Assembly: GCA_016748015.1 (NCBI GenBank)
Contig: JAAOMT010000200.1
Location: 742,984 to 806,983, forward strand
Reading direction: 5' to 3'
DNA: 64,000 bases
Source: Geosiphon pyriformis uo1
Taxonomy: Eukaryota > Fungi > Glomeromycota
The notes beneath the pieces were generated by a model, which saw only the letters and a list, made by a program, of their open reading frames with translations, was not told where the DNA came from and did no database searches. Shown piece by piece: positions 1 through 11,500 of this stretch (the stretch's first letter is position 1; each line of letters begins with the position of its first letter). A program made the position numbers and the translations under genes.

Positions 1-620
1 TCAATGTTTAACTTTAATCCTGCTTTTTATAATCATTGAAAAACTTCTCACAAGTGGATAAGATAAACTTTAAAGCTTGGTAAGTATACATCAGTGTCAT
101 CAAGATAAACAACTACTGATTGCCATAAGAGTCTTTTATATACAACATCTATGAGTTGTTGGAATGTTGCTGGTACATTGCAAAGTCCAAACGGCATAAC
201 ATTAAACTTATAGTTCCCTCCTTGAGTGGTGAATGCTGTTTTGAGTCAGTTTTTTGGGTTCATTTTGACTTGCTAGTATCCACTTTCCAAGTCTAAGATT
301 GAGAAGAACTTAGCTTTTCCTAGAGCATCTAGCATGTCATTAATTCTTGGAAGAGGATAGACATCTCTAATTGTAATACTATTTAATTGTCTGTAGTCAA
401 CCCAAAATCTGATTTTTCCATTTTTTTTCTTAAATAGAACTACTGGTGAGGCCCATGAACTTCTTGATAGTTCAATTAATCTATTATTGAGCATTTTTTG
501 GATCTTCTCTCTAATAAATTAGTGGCTAGCAAGTAAAACACAATAGGCTTGTTGTCATTTTGGTGAAGCATTTCCTGTGTGGATTTGATGTTGAACAATA
601 TCAGTTTTTCCAAGATCATT
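1..620 (-). pseudogene. Gypsy reverse transcriptase (N-terminal part, interrupted)
   Basis: ORF 273-494 SSWASPVVLFKKKNGKIRFWVDYRQLNSITIRDVYPLPRINDML; downstream VMPFGLCNVPATFQ and VVYLDD. Confidence 0.95.
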
Positions 621-1079
621 GTTGTCTTTTGCAAATATATCTGCAAATTCAGCTATCAGTTGTTTTAATTGTCTTTGTTGTTGGGGTTTTAAGGGACCCA
701 TGTTGATTTGAGAGAGTTTTTTTTCTAACAGGTGATAGTTTTCAGTAATAGGGGTGATGTTTGAATTTGAAAGTAGAGTATGTCTTATAATTTCGATGAA
801 ATTAGAGACAATTTGAGAGTTTTCATCTTAGAAGATATTACTGTGTATGATTCCAATTTCTAATTTATTTAATAGAACAATAGGATAATTATTGGGGTTG
901 TAGAATATAACTCAAAATTTTTTTATTTCTTTGAGAATATAAACGTTTGGAATTGAGATTTCATGCTTTAAACAGATTTGTTCATTGGATTCAAAGATTT
1001 GTTGGGTAGTGGTGGGTTTTGAGCAAGTGTAAATTTTGTGATGTTTACCAAAAGATGAAATAGTAATTGGTTGGGGAAG

Positions 1080-1580
1080 TTAAAGAATCTGGTGGGATTC
1101 ATTCTGTGCATTGAGAGCTATGTTTACTGGCACTGTAAATCGTTCAGTTGAACCAAAATCTTGAGTTTCTCTTTCACTTTTTTCCAATTGTTCTCTGTTC
1201 TTTACTGATTGTAAATCCAAAATGTTGATTAAGAGTAGGTAAATTGCTTGGCCAATTTTCTCAACATGTTTAATCCTAAATGGTTTGTCTGTTTCATTCT
1301 GTAACATGATAGTAATGTTTCCAGTATATCCTGCATCTATAATTTTTTCTCTAATGTTGATTCTTTTGCTTGTCAATAATAATCTGAATGCAATTTAAAC
1401 CATTGCTCCAGGTGGAATTTCAAGAACAATTTTAAGATTAATTTTTGTTAAGGACTTTGGTTGGAGAACCAAAGTGTCTTTGCCAGAATATCTGAGGTTA
1501 TATCCTGCATTAATTTCGTGAGCTTTTTCTGGTTTTATTCTTTTTCCATTGTTGTCAAAGTATTTGAGTTGTATAGTAGA
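1080..1580 (-). pseudogene. Trimeric dUTPase domain within Gypsy pol
   Basis: AGYNLRY (motif I, DAGxDL), IIDAGYTGNITIML (motif III), KIGQAI (motif IV), ERETQDFGST (motif V, RGxxGFGST) in ORFs 1395-1643 and 1080-1376. Confidence 0.88.
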
Positions 1581-2599
1581 CTGGTTTTTAATAAAATAGA
1601 TTGGTATAATTGCAATTTCTTCTTTTGTTTCTAGTTTTCTCAATTCAATTTCTTCCTGGTTATTTTTGCTGAGTAAGGAGATGCTAAGAGCATAGCATTC
1701 TGGACATTATTTGTTATCACAAGGCATGATGCATTCTTTATACAATTGAATGTTCATTTGCTCTAATCATTAAATTTGAGCTTCTTGGGTTGGATATATG
1801 TGGCTTGCAATTTGGTGGTATATCTCTACCTTATCTTTATAGTTGAATTCAGCTAATTCTATTGTATATTCAATGTACTCATCTTTTTTTATTTGGCAGA
1901 CATCTTCCTGTGTGGCTCTATTAATTAAAGCCATTGCTAAATTAAAGATTATTTTAGCATCATGAGAGTAGTGGTAAAGTTTGTTGAGAGCACTGTTATA
2001 TGCTGCATTAAATAGTGTTCCTTTTTTCACTTTTTTCGAAATTGATAGGACATATTAACAGATTTGGTCACATACTCCTTCTCTCATTGCAACATCAATC
2101 CAGTTGCATTCTTTTGGTAGTATATCTCTACATGTGAAACAAGGTGTATTATCTCATTTTCTATTTCTTTTTGGGGATCTAAATCGTTCTTTATGACATG
2201 CTTTACAGAAGTAGCAAGTGCGAGTTTCATATTCCTCTTCTGGAAAAATACAAGCTCTCATAGATGAAAGCTTTTTCTTGCAATCTTTGCATTTTAGTAG
2301 GATGTATAGTGGTTCTTTTTATGGTTCTGGTGTGAAATATTTAACTTTTTTCCATCCTCTTGATTCTTCAAAAATCTCTTGTTCTGTTTCTTCAGCTCAA
2401 TTGGATGTTGATCCAAGAGCCATGTAGGTTTTAGTGAGTGGTATTTCTTTTTTTTCTTTAAATTCAAATACTGGGGCTTTTCCTGAACGTTTGTTGAAAG
2501 TACTACAGGTTGCAGATATTATAGTGTATTGTCCTTAATATGATATTTTGAGTTCCTGAGTTTTTCAATCTAAGTTTGCATTGGCTTTGAAAAGCCAAT

Positions 2600-2900
2600 T
2601 ATTTTCAATCAAAGCTTGGTATTGGGGTGCATTCATAACTAGAACTTTGACTGGAATGGTAATTCCATCAATGGTAAATGAAAAATTGTCAATTTCTTCT
2701 ACTAGTGTCTTTTTCATACCATCTGTTGTAACAATTGCAGTTTGGGCTGGTCTGTCAACAGTTTTTTGAAGCTGTTACATTAACTGGTAGGTAATAATAC
2801 TTCCAGCTAATCCATTGTCTAGAATTAATCAAATGGGTTTTCCTTTTATTGTAGCTTCAGTATACATGGCAGTGATAGCTTTTTGTTCATTAGCTGTTGC
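2600..2900 (-). pseudogene. Retropepsin (aspartic protease) domain
   Basis: AMYTEATIKGKPI*LILDNGLAGSIIT, the degenerate D-S-G flap context, just downstream of gag. Confidence 0.8.
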
Positions 2901-3099
2901 ATTACTAAGCAAAAATAGTAATTTATTTGCTTTAAATTCGAGTGGAAATATATCTAAGAGGTTGGCATTTTGGGCAATTTGAGTTGATAGAATAGTATTG
3001 TTGGAAGAGTTTGATTTTGGTGCTGTAGCTTCATCTTTAAAAAGTGCAGTTTGTTGAAAATCTGATCTTTCAAGCATTGTAAGATAGCTGGGTTGAGTG

Positions 3100-4940
3100 T
3101 GATAGTGATTTGGTCTTTGTTAACCAGAATTTTGGAGAACCAACTAGTTATTTAAGTTGATTCTATTATTATTATTACTGAATTGATTTTGAGGTGTAAA
3201 TTGGTTATGTTGAACCAATCTTCTGGCTGGTACTTGATATTGTTGAGTGGATGGTATCTGATATTGCTGAATTGGTAAAGATTGCTGGTATTGTTGCTGA
3301 ATTAGTTGTGGGGCTAATTGATAATAACTGTTTTGATTTTGTGGTCTTGGTGGATAATAAGTTGATAATGGAGATTAGTAATAAGATTGTTGTGGTGAAT
3401 AGTAATGCTGATTACTCCTGTTTTGTTGGTCTCTTTGTAATTTCTTACAATCTCGTTTTCAGTGTCCTAAAATTCCACAATAATGACAATTTTGAGGTTG
3501 GTTGTTGGATGGTGATTCAAAATTGTTTTGGTTGTATTATTGTGGGAGTTAATATCTTTGTTGTTGTTGGTTTGTAAAGTAGCTTTCAATCTTCTTTGTG
3601 AGTTGGTCTATCTTCTTTTCAGCTGCTGAACTGGTTTCTCCAATAATTAGGTTAACAAGTTTGGTGTGGTTTGCTTCTTTTATAGCCATTTCATAGTTCT
3701 TTGCATGTCTAATGGCAGTTGCTAAGTCTGCTGGTGTATATGAATAGACTTTCTTAATCAATTTGTCTTTTAATCCTGCTATAAACTGATCCAGAATCTG
3801 AACATTAGAATAGTAGTCATTGGTTTCCAATTGTCAAATTCATTGAAAAAGTTTGTTGAATCTTTCAAGATAGATTATAACAGTTTCAGATGTTTCTTGT
3901 TTGATGTTGTGAAAGCAATTGTGGAGAGTAATAGAGGTGTTATTGTCAGTGAATTGTTGTAAGAAAGCATCTTTGAATGCTTGCCAGTTGTCAAATAGTT
4001 CTTCTAAGTTTTCAAACCATTCTCCTGCAGTTCCTTGGAGAAAGTATGGAATTGCTTTGAGCATTTTTGCTGCAGTCCAACCATTTGCATCTCCTGCTTT
4101 TTGAACTTTGTCAAGCCATTTTTGAGGGCTGGTATTATTGTCTTTACCAGTGAATTCTGGAATCTTTGCAATATAAGCAGTTGCCATTTCTTCTTTGTTT
4201 TCTGTGGTTTCTTCTTGTTCTGATTCAGTTTCTTTACTTTCTAAGTTTTCTAAATGATTACTTTTATTTTCCTGTAAGTAATCAATGATATTAGTGCTTG
4301 TTGATATTGGTTTCTGTTGTTGAGTAGGATTCTTAGGTGACTGAAAGTCTTCTAGTCTGGAGAAACAGTTGAGTGGTAAATTTGGTGTTTGTGGTTGAGC
4401 AAGTAAAATTGGAAATGGTGTAATAGAAAGTGGTAATTTAGCACTGGTTCCTTGTTCAGATGTTTGCAAGTGTTTGACAGTTGTTTTTGGTAGTATTGGA
4501 GTGTTTGGAGTGGTTCTTGAGTATTGTTTCACTTTTTGTTTGTCTTTATTGCTTGTTTCTGTTTTTGATTCAAAGTCAAGAGAGTATTTGGACTGTACTG
4601 GGTATTTTTCTTCACAGTACTTAATAATGTTAAAATTAAGTTCTTGGAAGTAGGTTGCAAGAGTTTCACTGTTCAAGTCTTCTGTTTCCAATTGTGAATA
4701 GTGCACTAAATTATTATAGAGGTTGCTTCTAACTTCTGAGATGTTGTAATTTCCAAAAAGATAATTGTTAATATGGTTTTCAATGTATTGGTATACTAAT
4801 TTCTTGAAAATTTCAATTCCGTTTTGGATGTTGAATCTTTGCTTGCAGTGAGTGTAGATTGACTGATAATACTCTAGAGTTATTGTGTTTGGTGTGTTTA
4901 CTACTTTGAAGTTGTTATTGCTGTGTTATTTTTATGGAAG
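3100..4940 (-). pseudogene. Gypsy gag (retrotrans_gag core plus CCHC knuckle, Q/P-rich tail)
   Basis: IPEFTG..WL..AIPYFLQGTAGEWF..WQAFKDAFLQQF..IKQETSETV..YLERF; ILDQFIAGL; CCHC knuckle. Confidence 0.9.
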
Positions 4941-4947
4941 AGCACCA
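4940..4947 (-). promoter_or_regulatory. Primer-binding site (TGGTGCTC)
   Basis: On the minus strand, TT-TGGTGCTC follows the LTR end CA. Complementary to a tRNA ending GAGCACCA-3'; tRNA identity not determinable here. Confidence 0.7.
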
Positions 4948-4949
4948 AA

Positions 4950-5920
4950 TGTTACCAGAGGTTTTTGGTCTCTTTTCTTGAATATTGTTAATGTTGATTT
5001 GCTGTGAATTCACGTTTTTAGAAAGTAGTTGGACCTCCAGTAACTGAATTTATCTTCAAATTATCTTCTATAATTTGAACCACTGGGCTTATAAGTGGAA
5101 TGGCCAATTCCTTGCCAGTTACTTTATGTAGTTACGTTGTAGTAAATGTTAAATTTTTCCCAGGAATTGCTCGTCTGGAAGCTCACTAAAAATGTGTAGT
5201 TACTTTGCTGTAAAAGTCAACTCTTCTACAGGAATCTCGTCTGTAGGCTACCCTAATGATTATGATAAGAAAAGAAAAGAAAAAGAAAAGAAATGTAAAA
5301 GAAATAGAATTTTATCAAAGGAAACGTTTTCTATCCAGGCCTGGAGTCACTACAGTTTATTGAAATTGGTAGCTAATCAATTTCAAAACGTTAGTTGTGT
5401 TGAAGGAATTCAAGTATAATAATTTAAGAATTTGGTTTTCGAATATTTTAATTTTTATTTGATTTTGTAAAAAGTGATTTGTTTCAATTAAGATATCTAA
5501 AATAGGATGCTATGATATGATACTATGAGAAGATACATTTTCTTGAAGAGAGAAGCTCTTCTTTTATACAACTTGTTGTAGTACTAGTCTTTGAATTTGC
5601 ACTTTTCTCTTTGCTACAATTTGGGTGAACTAAAGATACATTTTGGCGAATTTACAAGTTATTTCACTGAACTATTGATTATTTCGGCCAATTTTCATTA
5701 ATTTCGGCGAATTTTGACTATGTTAAATGGTTCAAAGTATTGTGTAATTTGATCATCTTAATTTCTAGAGTACAAATCGGATTATTGATTGAGTAATGAT
5801 ATTTGATAATTTGATTAAATAATAAGTGATAATCGAAATAATAATGATATATGCTAATTAATAATAGGAATTATAAGGGTAATTTCATGCTAATTAATAG
5901 CTAAAATTCTACTGGTAACA
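4950..5920 (-). repeat. 5' LTR (971 bp)
   Basis: Ends TGTTACCAG...CTGGTAACA (9-bp inverted termini); colinear homology and identical length to 9684-10654. Confidence 0.95.
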
Positions 5921-5957
5921 ACGTGCAAGAGAATTGTTCATAATGATTGCCACTCCA

Positions 5958-6079
5958 GATATTCAATAATTTAATAAAATAATAAGTAATAAATTAAAAT
6001 AATAATATATATTAATTAATAATAAGAATTATAAAAATAATTTTATGTTAATTAATAATTCAAATTTTTATTAGTAATA
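5958..6079 (-). repeat. Heavily AT-shifted relic of the same LTR end
   Basis: Aligns to 5798-5920 (e.g. AAATTCTACTGGTAACA vs AATTTTTATTAGTAATA); differences are almost all C>T/G>A. Confidence 0.85.
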
Positions 6080-6699
6080 TTATATTAATAATTTAAACTT
6101 TTATAATACTATTAATAATATTTTTGCTTATTTCTAGATTTTAATCTTAATATAAAAATAAATATTCATAATTTATTTTGACTAAATTACAAATAATTGG
6201 TTTAGCTTTATATTAAGTTTTAATATTTAGTATAATTTTAATTAATTTAAATAATTAAGTTTTTTTTTAATTTTATTAGTTTTATTAACTAAAAATTTAA
6301 ATATATTAAAAAATTTGTAAATGAATTTTTAATTTGTAATTTTAACTTATAAATTATAATAATATTTAAATATATATATATATGCTAACTTAACTAATTT
6401 GGTTTTTGTAATTTTTTATTTTTATTTTATAAAAATTTTATATAATTTTTTATATTTGAATATTGTTTATTTATATTATAGTTTATTAGATTTTGATCAT
6501 ATTTTTTTATGTAAATCTAATTTTGCTATTAAAAAAAATATAAAACTTTTAAAAACTTTTTTTTCTCTTACATCCACAAACCCTCAAAAAGTGCTTTTCT
6601 AAAAAAGAAGTTTTTTTTATTTTTTCTTGTTAGTATTTCACAATTTCTCTTTCTAATAACTCATTTTTCGTAAACCTGAAGGCTGCTTTTAGTGACAAC

Positions 6700-8556
6700 A
6701 TGTCTAGTAAAAAGAGAACACCAAAAGGTGCTTTTCATGGTCCTACAGGTGGCTTTTTCTCACAAAAAAAGAAAGCTGTGCTTGGAAATGTTAAACATTC
6801 CAGTGACGAAAAAAATATCTCTCTGAACAAGTCCAAGTCTGGTGATAATGTGTTTTCTAATGTGAATAGTTTGTCTGGTAATAAAGAAGTTTCTAATATA
6901 ACTGGCATCAATGTTGGATCTCTCTTGAGTTCAGCTGTCAACACTTCTAAAGCAAAACATGTTAATACTGGTACTGCTTTTGGTTCCTCACTTAGTTCTC
7001 CCAACTTTGACATGAATGATGATAAAGAGATGTCTCTTCCTTCTCACCTCTTAATCTCTCTGGATAAAAAGTGGGTTGACCCCAAAATTGTCAAGACTCA
7101 GGTGGAGGTTTTAGTTAGGCAATCATCTGCTTTGGACATTAATTTTTTGGTTGTAGAAGAGAAATTGGTAATGGCAAAGACTTAATTTGTTAGAAAAATT
7201 TTTTTATCAATTAATGGTTTTAAGGAGGCCACTACCCCCTCAAAATTTGAAAAGATCATCAGATTTACTTTCACATCAAAGAGCAGCATGAAAAAAACTG
7301 TGTTATTGGCCAAGGAAAAAGAGATCATCATAAACACTAATTTCAAGAAACAAAGAATTCATTCAGATCAGGCTGTGGTCATCAAGAAAATTCTCATGAA
7401 CATGCCAAAGAATATGATCGTCACTGCACTGGCTGAATTTGGTAAAATTAAGTCAATCAAAATTCAACTTATTGGATTATGGCAAAAAGCTGTGGTAGAA
7501 TTTGCTAAATTAGATCAGGCTAAACAATTGGCTGCTAAATAGTTCTTCTTAATTGGTAAAGATTCAGTGCATGTGATCATAGCTGTGGGTGATTGTGAGA
7601 CTTGGACATTAAGAAATAGGTTTAGAGTATTGCTGTTTACTTTGCCAATAAGAACAACTGCTCATGATTTGGGCACTCTTTTGGATGGGACTAGTGAGAA
7701 AACCTGTGTTATTAATTGCTCAATAGATTCTGACAACTGGGTATACTGTATTGTAGTTGGTTTTGAATCTAAGGAGGATTTGGAGTCTGCTTATTGCACT
7801 GAGCTAATATTTGGTGGTGTTAAATTATCTTGGACTAGATTGAACTTGGTTTACTGTGAAAAGTGTGAACATTTTGGCCATTCTGCTCTGGAGTGTAATG
7901 TATCATCTCTGCTCATCTCTAAGCCCTTAAGACCTGTTAAAAGAGTTCCTTTAGAAGACTATTGTCTCTGGCTGGCGAAATTGTATACTAGGAAGGGTGT
8001 TCCTATTTCTAAACCTGTTGTTTTTGGTGGCAAATCTTGGATGCAAATGGTCTCACTTGCTTCTTCTAGTGGCCCTTATTTCGACTCTGGTTTTGAGTTT
8101 GGTCCTCCTTCTTCTGATTTTTCAAGTATTAAGGGAAGTGCACCAATTGTTCAAAATAAATTCTTAATCAATGATTGTCTAGCTTTATTGGAACATTCCT
8201 TAGAATTACTAGCTAATCAGGTGTCAGATATTGTGCATAGATTAAATGGTGTGGAGCTGGTGCTCCTGGTGCCTATTACTCAAGTTGTACTTTCAATTGC
8301 CTCTGTTTCTACATTGGCATTACCAGATACTGATATGGTTTTGGATATTCCTCGACTGTCCCTTCCTTCTTTTTCTTCAGTATTTGAAGACAAAATAGTG
8401 GATTTGGGTCTGAGCAGTTCAAAGATTCTTACCTCCAAAGTTGGTGGTTTGGAATCTAAGATGATGGCTCTCAAAGTTTCTATTGGCTCAATCTTGAGGA
8501 AGTTAAATTTGCTGTGCATAAATTTGGGTTTTTTGTTGCATTCTTTGCATCAATAA
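6700..8556 (+). pseudogene. LINE ORF1 (RRM-like regions plus CCHC knuckle)
   Basis: ORFs 6700-7185, 7288-7542 and 7567-8556 are one frame broken by stops; knuckle CEKCEHFGHSALEC. Confidence 0.85.
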
Positions 8557-11500
8557 GTGAGCTTATTTGGAGAGTAGCTACATGCAATATTAAGAGTATG
8601 TTGAATTTGGCTAAACAGAAAGACATTGTTCATTGGCATAAGAATTCAGAAAATATGATTTTGATTGTTATTGAAACAAAATTGAAGTCTGACATTAAGT
8701 CTTGGATTATGAATAAATTTGATGAACTTCGGATTTTTACTTCTGGTTTGGATGTTGGGTTTTGTGGTACTGAAGTTGCCATAATTATGAACAATTTTTT
8801 GCCTCTGCATGTTTTAAAAGTGGATGAAATTTCTGGTCATTTGATTTCTGTGCACCTTCTGTTCAAGAACAAGCTTTCAGTTATGATCTTGAATCTGTAT
8901 GCTGGTGTGTCCATTAGCACATGATTTAGTCAAGCTGTTAATATCAATTTTATGGTTTTCAAGACAGTCAATTCCAGCTCTTTTGTGGTTTTGAGTGGTA
9001 ACTTTAATGAAAATGGGTCTAGCAAAAATGTAAGTTTCAAGTTCTGTTTGGGTTTGGGTCTGGTTAATACTTTTGATAGACACTTTTTGACCAAGGCTTC
9101 TATCTGAAGCAATTCTAAAGGTGTTAAAAAAGTGATTGATTTTATTTTAGTAAGTAAGAATTTGGTATCTGCTATGATATCACATTTTGTCAATGATGTG
9201 TCTGAGTTTTTTGATACAGATTATAAGTCAGTTTCTATTTTAATTGGTTTGGATGGACTGCTAGATACACATCTTATTAGCATTCACAGACAAGTCAACC
9301 AAGACCAATGGAAGTTTAAATTAAAAGATGCAGATAATGTTCAATGGTTAAGCTTTAAAGACTGCTCTTCTGCCAAGTTGTTGGCTAGGTCAGACATGTT
9401 TAAGGAGGCAAAAGTCAATGGTAACTTGAATACAATATGGAAAATGTTGGAAAAGGCCATAGTACAGGCTGCTGACACAGTTTTTTCTAGGATTTGGTAT
9501 AGTGAATACAACTGTTCAAAGAATAAACAATCTTCCAAATTTTTTAAATTAAAGCTGCTTGTTGTAAAGGTTGTAAAATGTTGAACCTTTGGTAATCTTC
9601 TGAATTTCAACCATCTTATTAAGGTCTGGTTGGCTATTGATGTAGTTGAAGCTTTCAAGGTTGATGGCATGGTTTTAAACAGTTGTTACTGGAGGTTTTT
9701 GGTCTCTTTTTTTAAATGTTGGTAATATTGATTTGCTGTGAATTCACGTTTTCAGGAAGTAGTTGAACCTCCAATAACTGAATTTATCTTCAGATTATCT
9801 CCTATAATTTGAACTGCTGGGCTTATAAGTGGAATGGCCAATTCCTTGCCAGTTACTTTATGTAGTTACATTGTAGTAAACGTCAACTCTTTCCCAGGAA
9901 TTGCTTGTCTGAAAGCTCACTAAAAATGTGTAGTTACTTTGCTGTGAAAGTCAACTCTTCTACAGGAATCTCGTCTGTAGGCTACCCTAATAATTGTAAT
10001 AAGAAAAGAAAAGAAAAATAAAAGAAATGTAAAAGAAATAGAATTTTGTTAAGAGAAACGTTTTCTATCCAGGCCTGGAGTCACTAACAGTTTACTGAAA
10101 TTGATAGCTAATCAATTTCGAAATGTTAGTTGGGTTTTGGGGATTTTCCAAGTACAATAATTAAAAAATTTGGTTTTTTGAATTATTTAATATTTATTTC
10201 TTTTTGTGTATATAGGAACAGTTTTAAGAGATAAATCTAAAGTAAGATATATTTTTTAGAAGAGAAAAGCTCTTCTTTTATACAACTTGTTGTAGTACTA
10301 GTCTATGAACTTGCACTTTTTCTCTTTGCTCAAATTTTGGCAAACTAAAGATATATTTTGATGAACTACAAGTTATTTCGCTGAACTATTAATTAATTTG
10401 GGTGAACTATTCATAATTTCGACGAATTTCTGTAAATTTCGGGGAATTTTTGAATGTTACAAAGTTCAGAGTATTGTGTAATTTGATCATCTTACTTTCT
10501 GTTATACTAATTAGATTATTTTAATTGAATCGTAATATGTGATAATTGATTAAATAATAAATAATAATTTGAAATGATATTAATATACTGATTAATTATA
10601 GGAATTATAAGAGTAATTTCATGCTAATTAATAGCTAAAATTCTACTGGTAACACAGTGTAAGCTTAATGAAGTTGGTTAAACATTTGTCAATAATAAGG
10701 AAAGAGTATCATAAATCCAAGTATTATGAGTCTAAGATTGCTGAGAATACTGCTATAAGGAAGACAATTGACTATTATATAGAAAACTTCTGTTCTGACA
10801 AAGGAAAGATAATAAAGAGCATTCTGGAATATTCATTTTACAAGATGGTTTTGGATCACTTGGTAGTAGATGATGAGCTGGTAATTGAGCTTAATAAAAT
10901 AAAGCTTAAGGTTGATAAAATTATGGAAGGGTGGACAAAAAAGTAATTAGTTCTTTCAAAAATACTTGATTTTTGGATTCAACAATATATGCATCTGAAT
11001 TATGTAAATGATAATGCTTTTTCTGATATAATAAATGAAATTGGTATGGAAGAATTGTTTTTGATTGTTAATAATCTGCCAAACAATAAAGCAGCTGGGT
11101 TATTAGAGATATCTAATGAACTTTGGAAGCATTGTGGTGGAGAGGTTTTGGCCTGTCTTTTGAATTTGTTGAATTTGTGTTTGAGTATAAGTGTAGTTTC
11201 TAATTTGTGGAAAGAAGTGTGGGTTTCAATAATTCCAAAATTTATGAGTGGAATGGTGTTTTAACAAATACTAGACCTATTGCATTAGTCAAAACAACAC
11301 ATAAGATACTATCTAAGATCCTATTTGATTGGATATCTTTGACTTGTAGCAAGTTTAATGTTCTTCATGTGACAATTTTTCAGTGTTGAAGGGTACTTTG
11401 ACCCAGTCTCCTATTTTTGCTATTGGCTCAGTCATTAAGAATGCTCTGAAGAAAAACAGAGAGCTTTGGTTAGTGCTGCAGGATATGCACAAAGCTTATG

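Larger units (their letters stand above)
1..5920 (-). mobile_element. Ty3/Gypsy LTR retrotransposon, degenerate, 3' part outside window (5'LTR-PBS-gag-PR-Cys-rich-dUTPase-RT)
   Basis: Minus-strand fragments in Gypsy order: gag core (3840-4706), CCHC knuckle CHYCGILGH*KRDC (~3440-3490), protease LILDNGLAGS (~2790-2830), dUTPase, RT motifs SSWASPVV..VDYRQLN..YPLPRI, MPFGL, YLDD (~98-109). Many in-frame stops. TG...CA LTR at 4950-5920. Confidence 0.95.

Noticed and set aside
3251-3577. Plus-strand V/I-rich ORF
   Set aside because: Antisense of the Q/P/N-rich gag tail.
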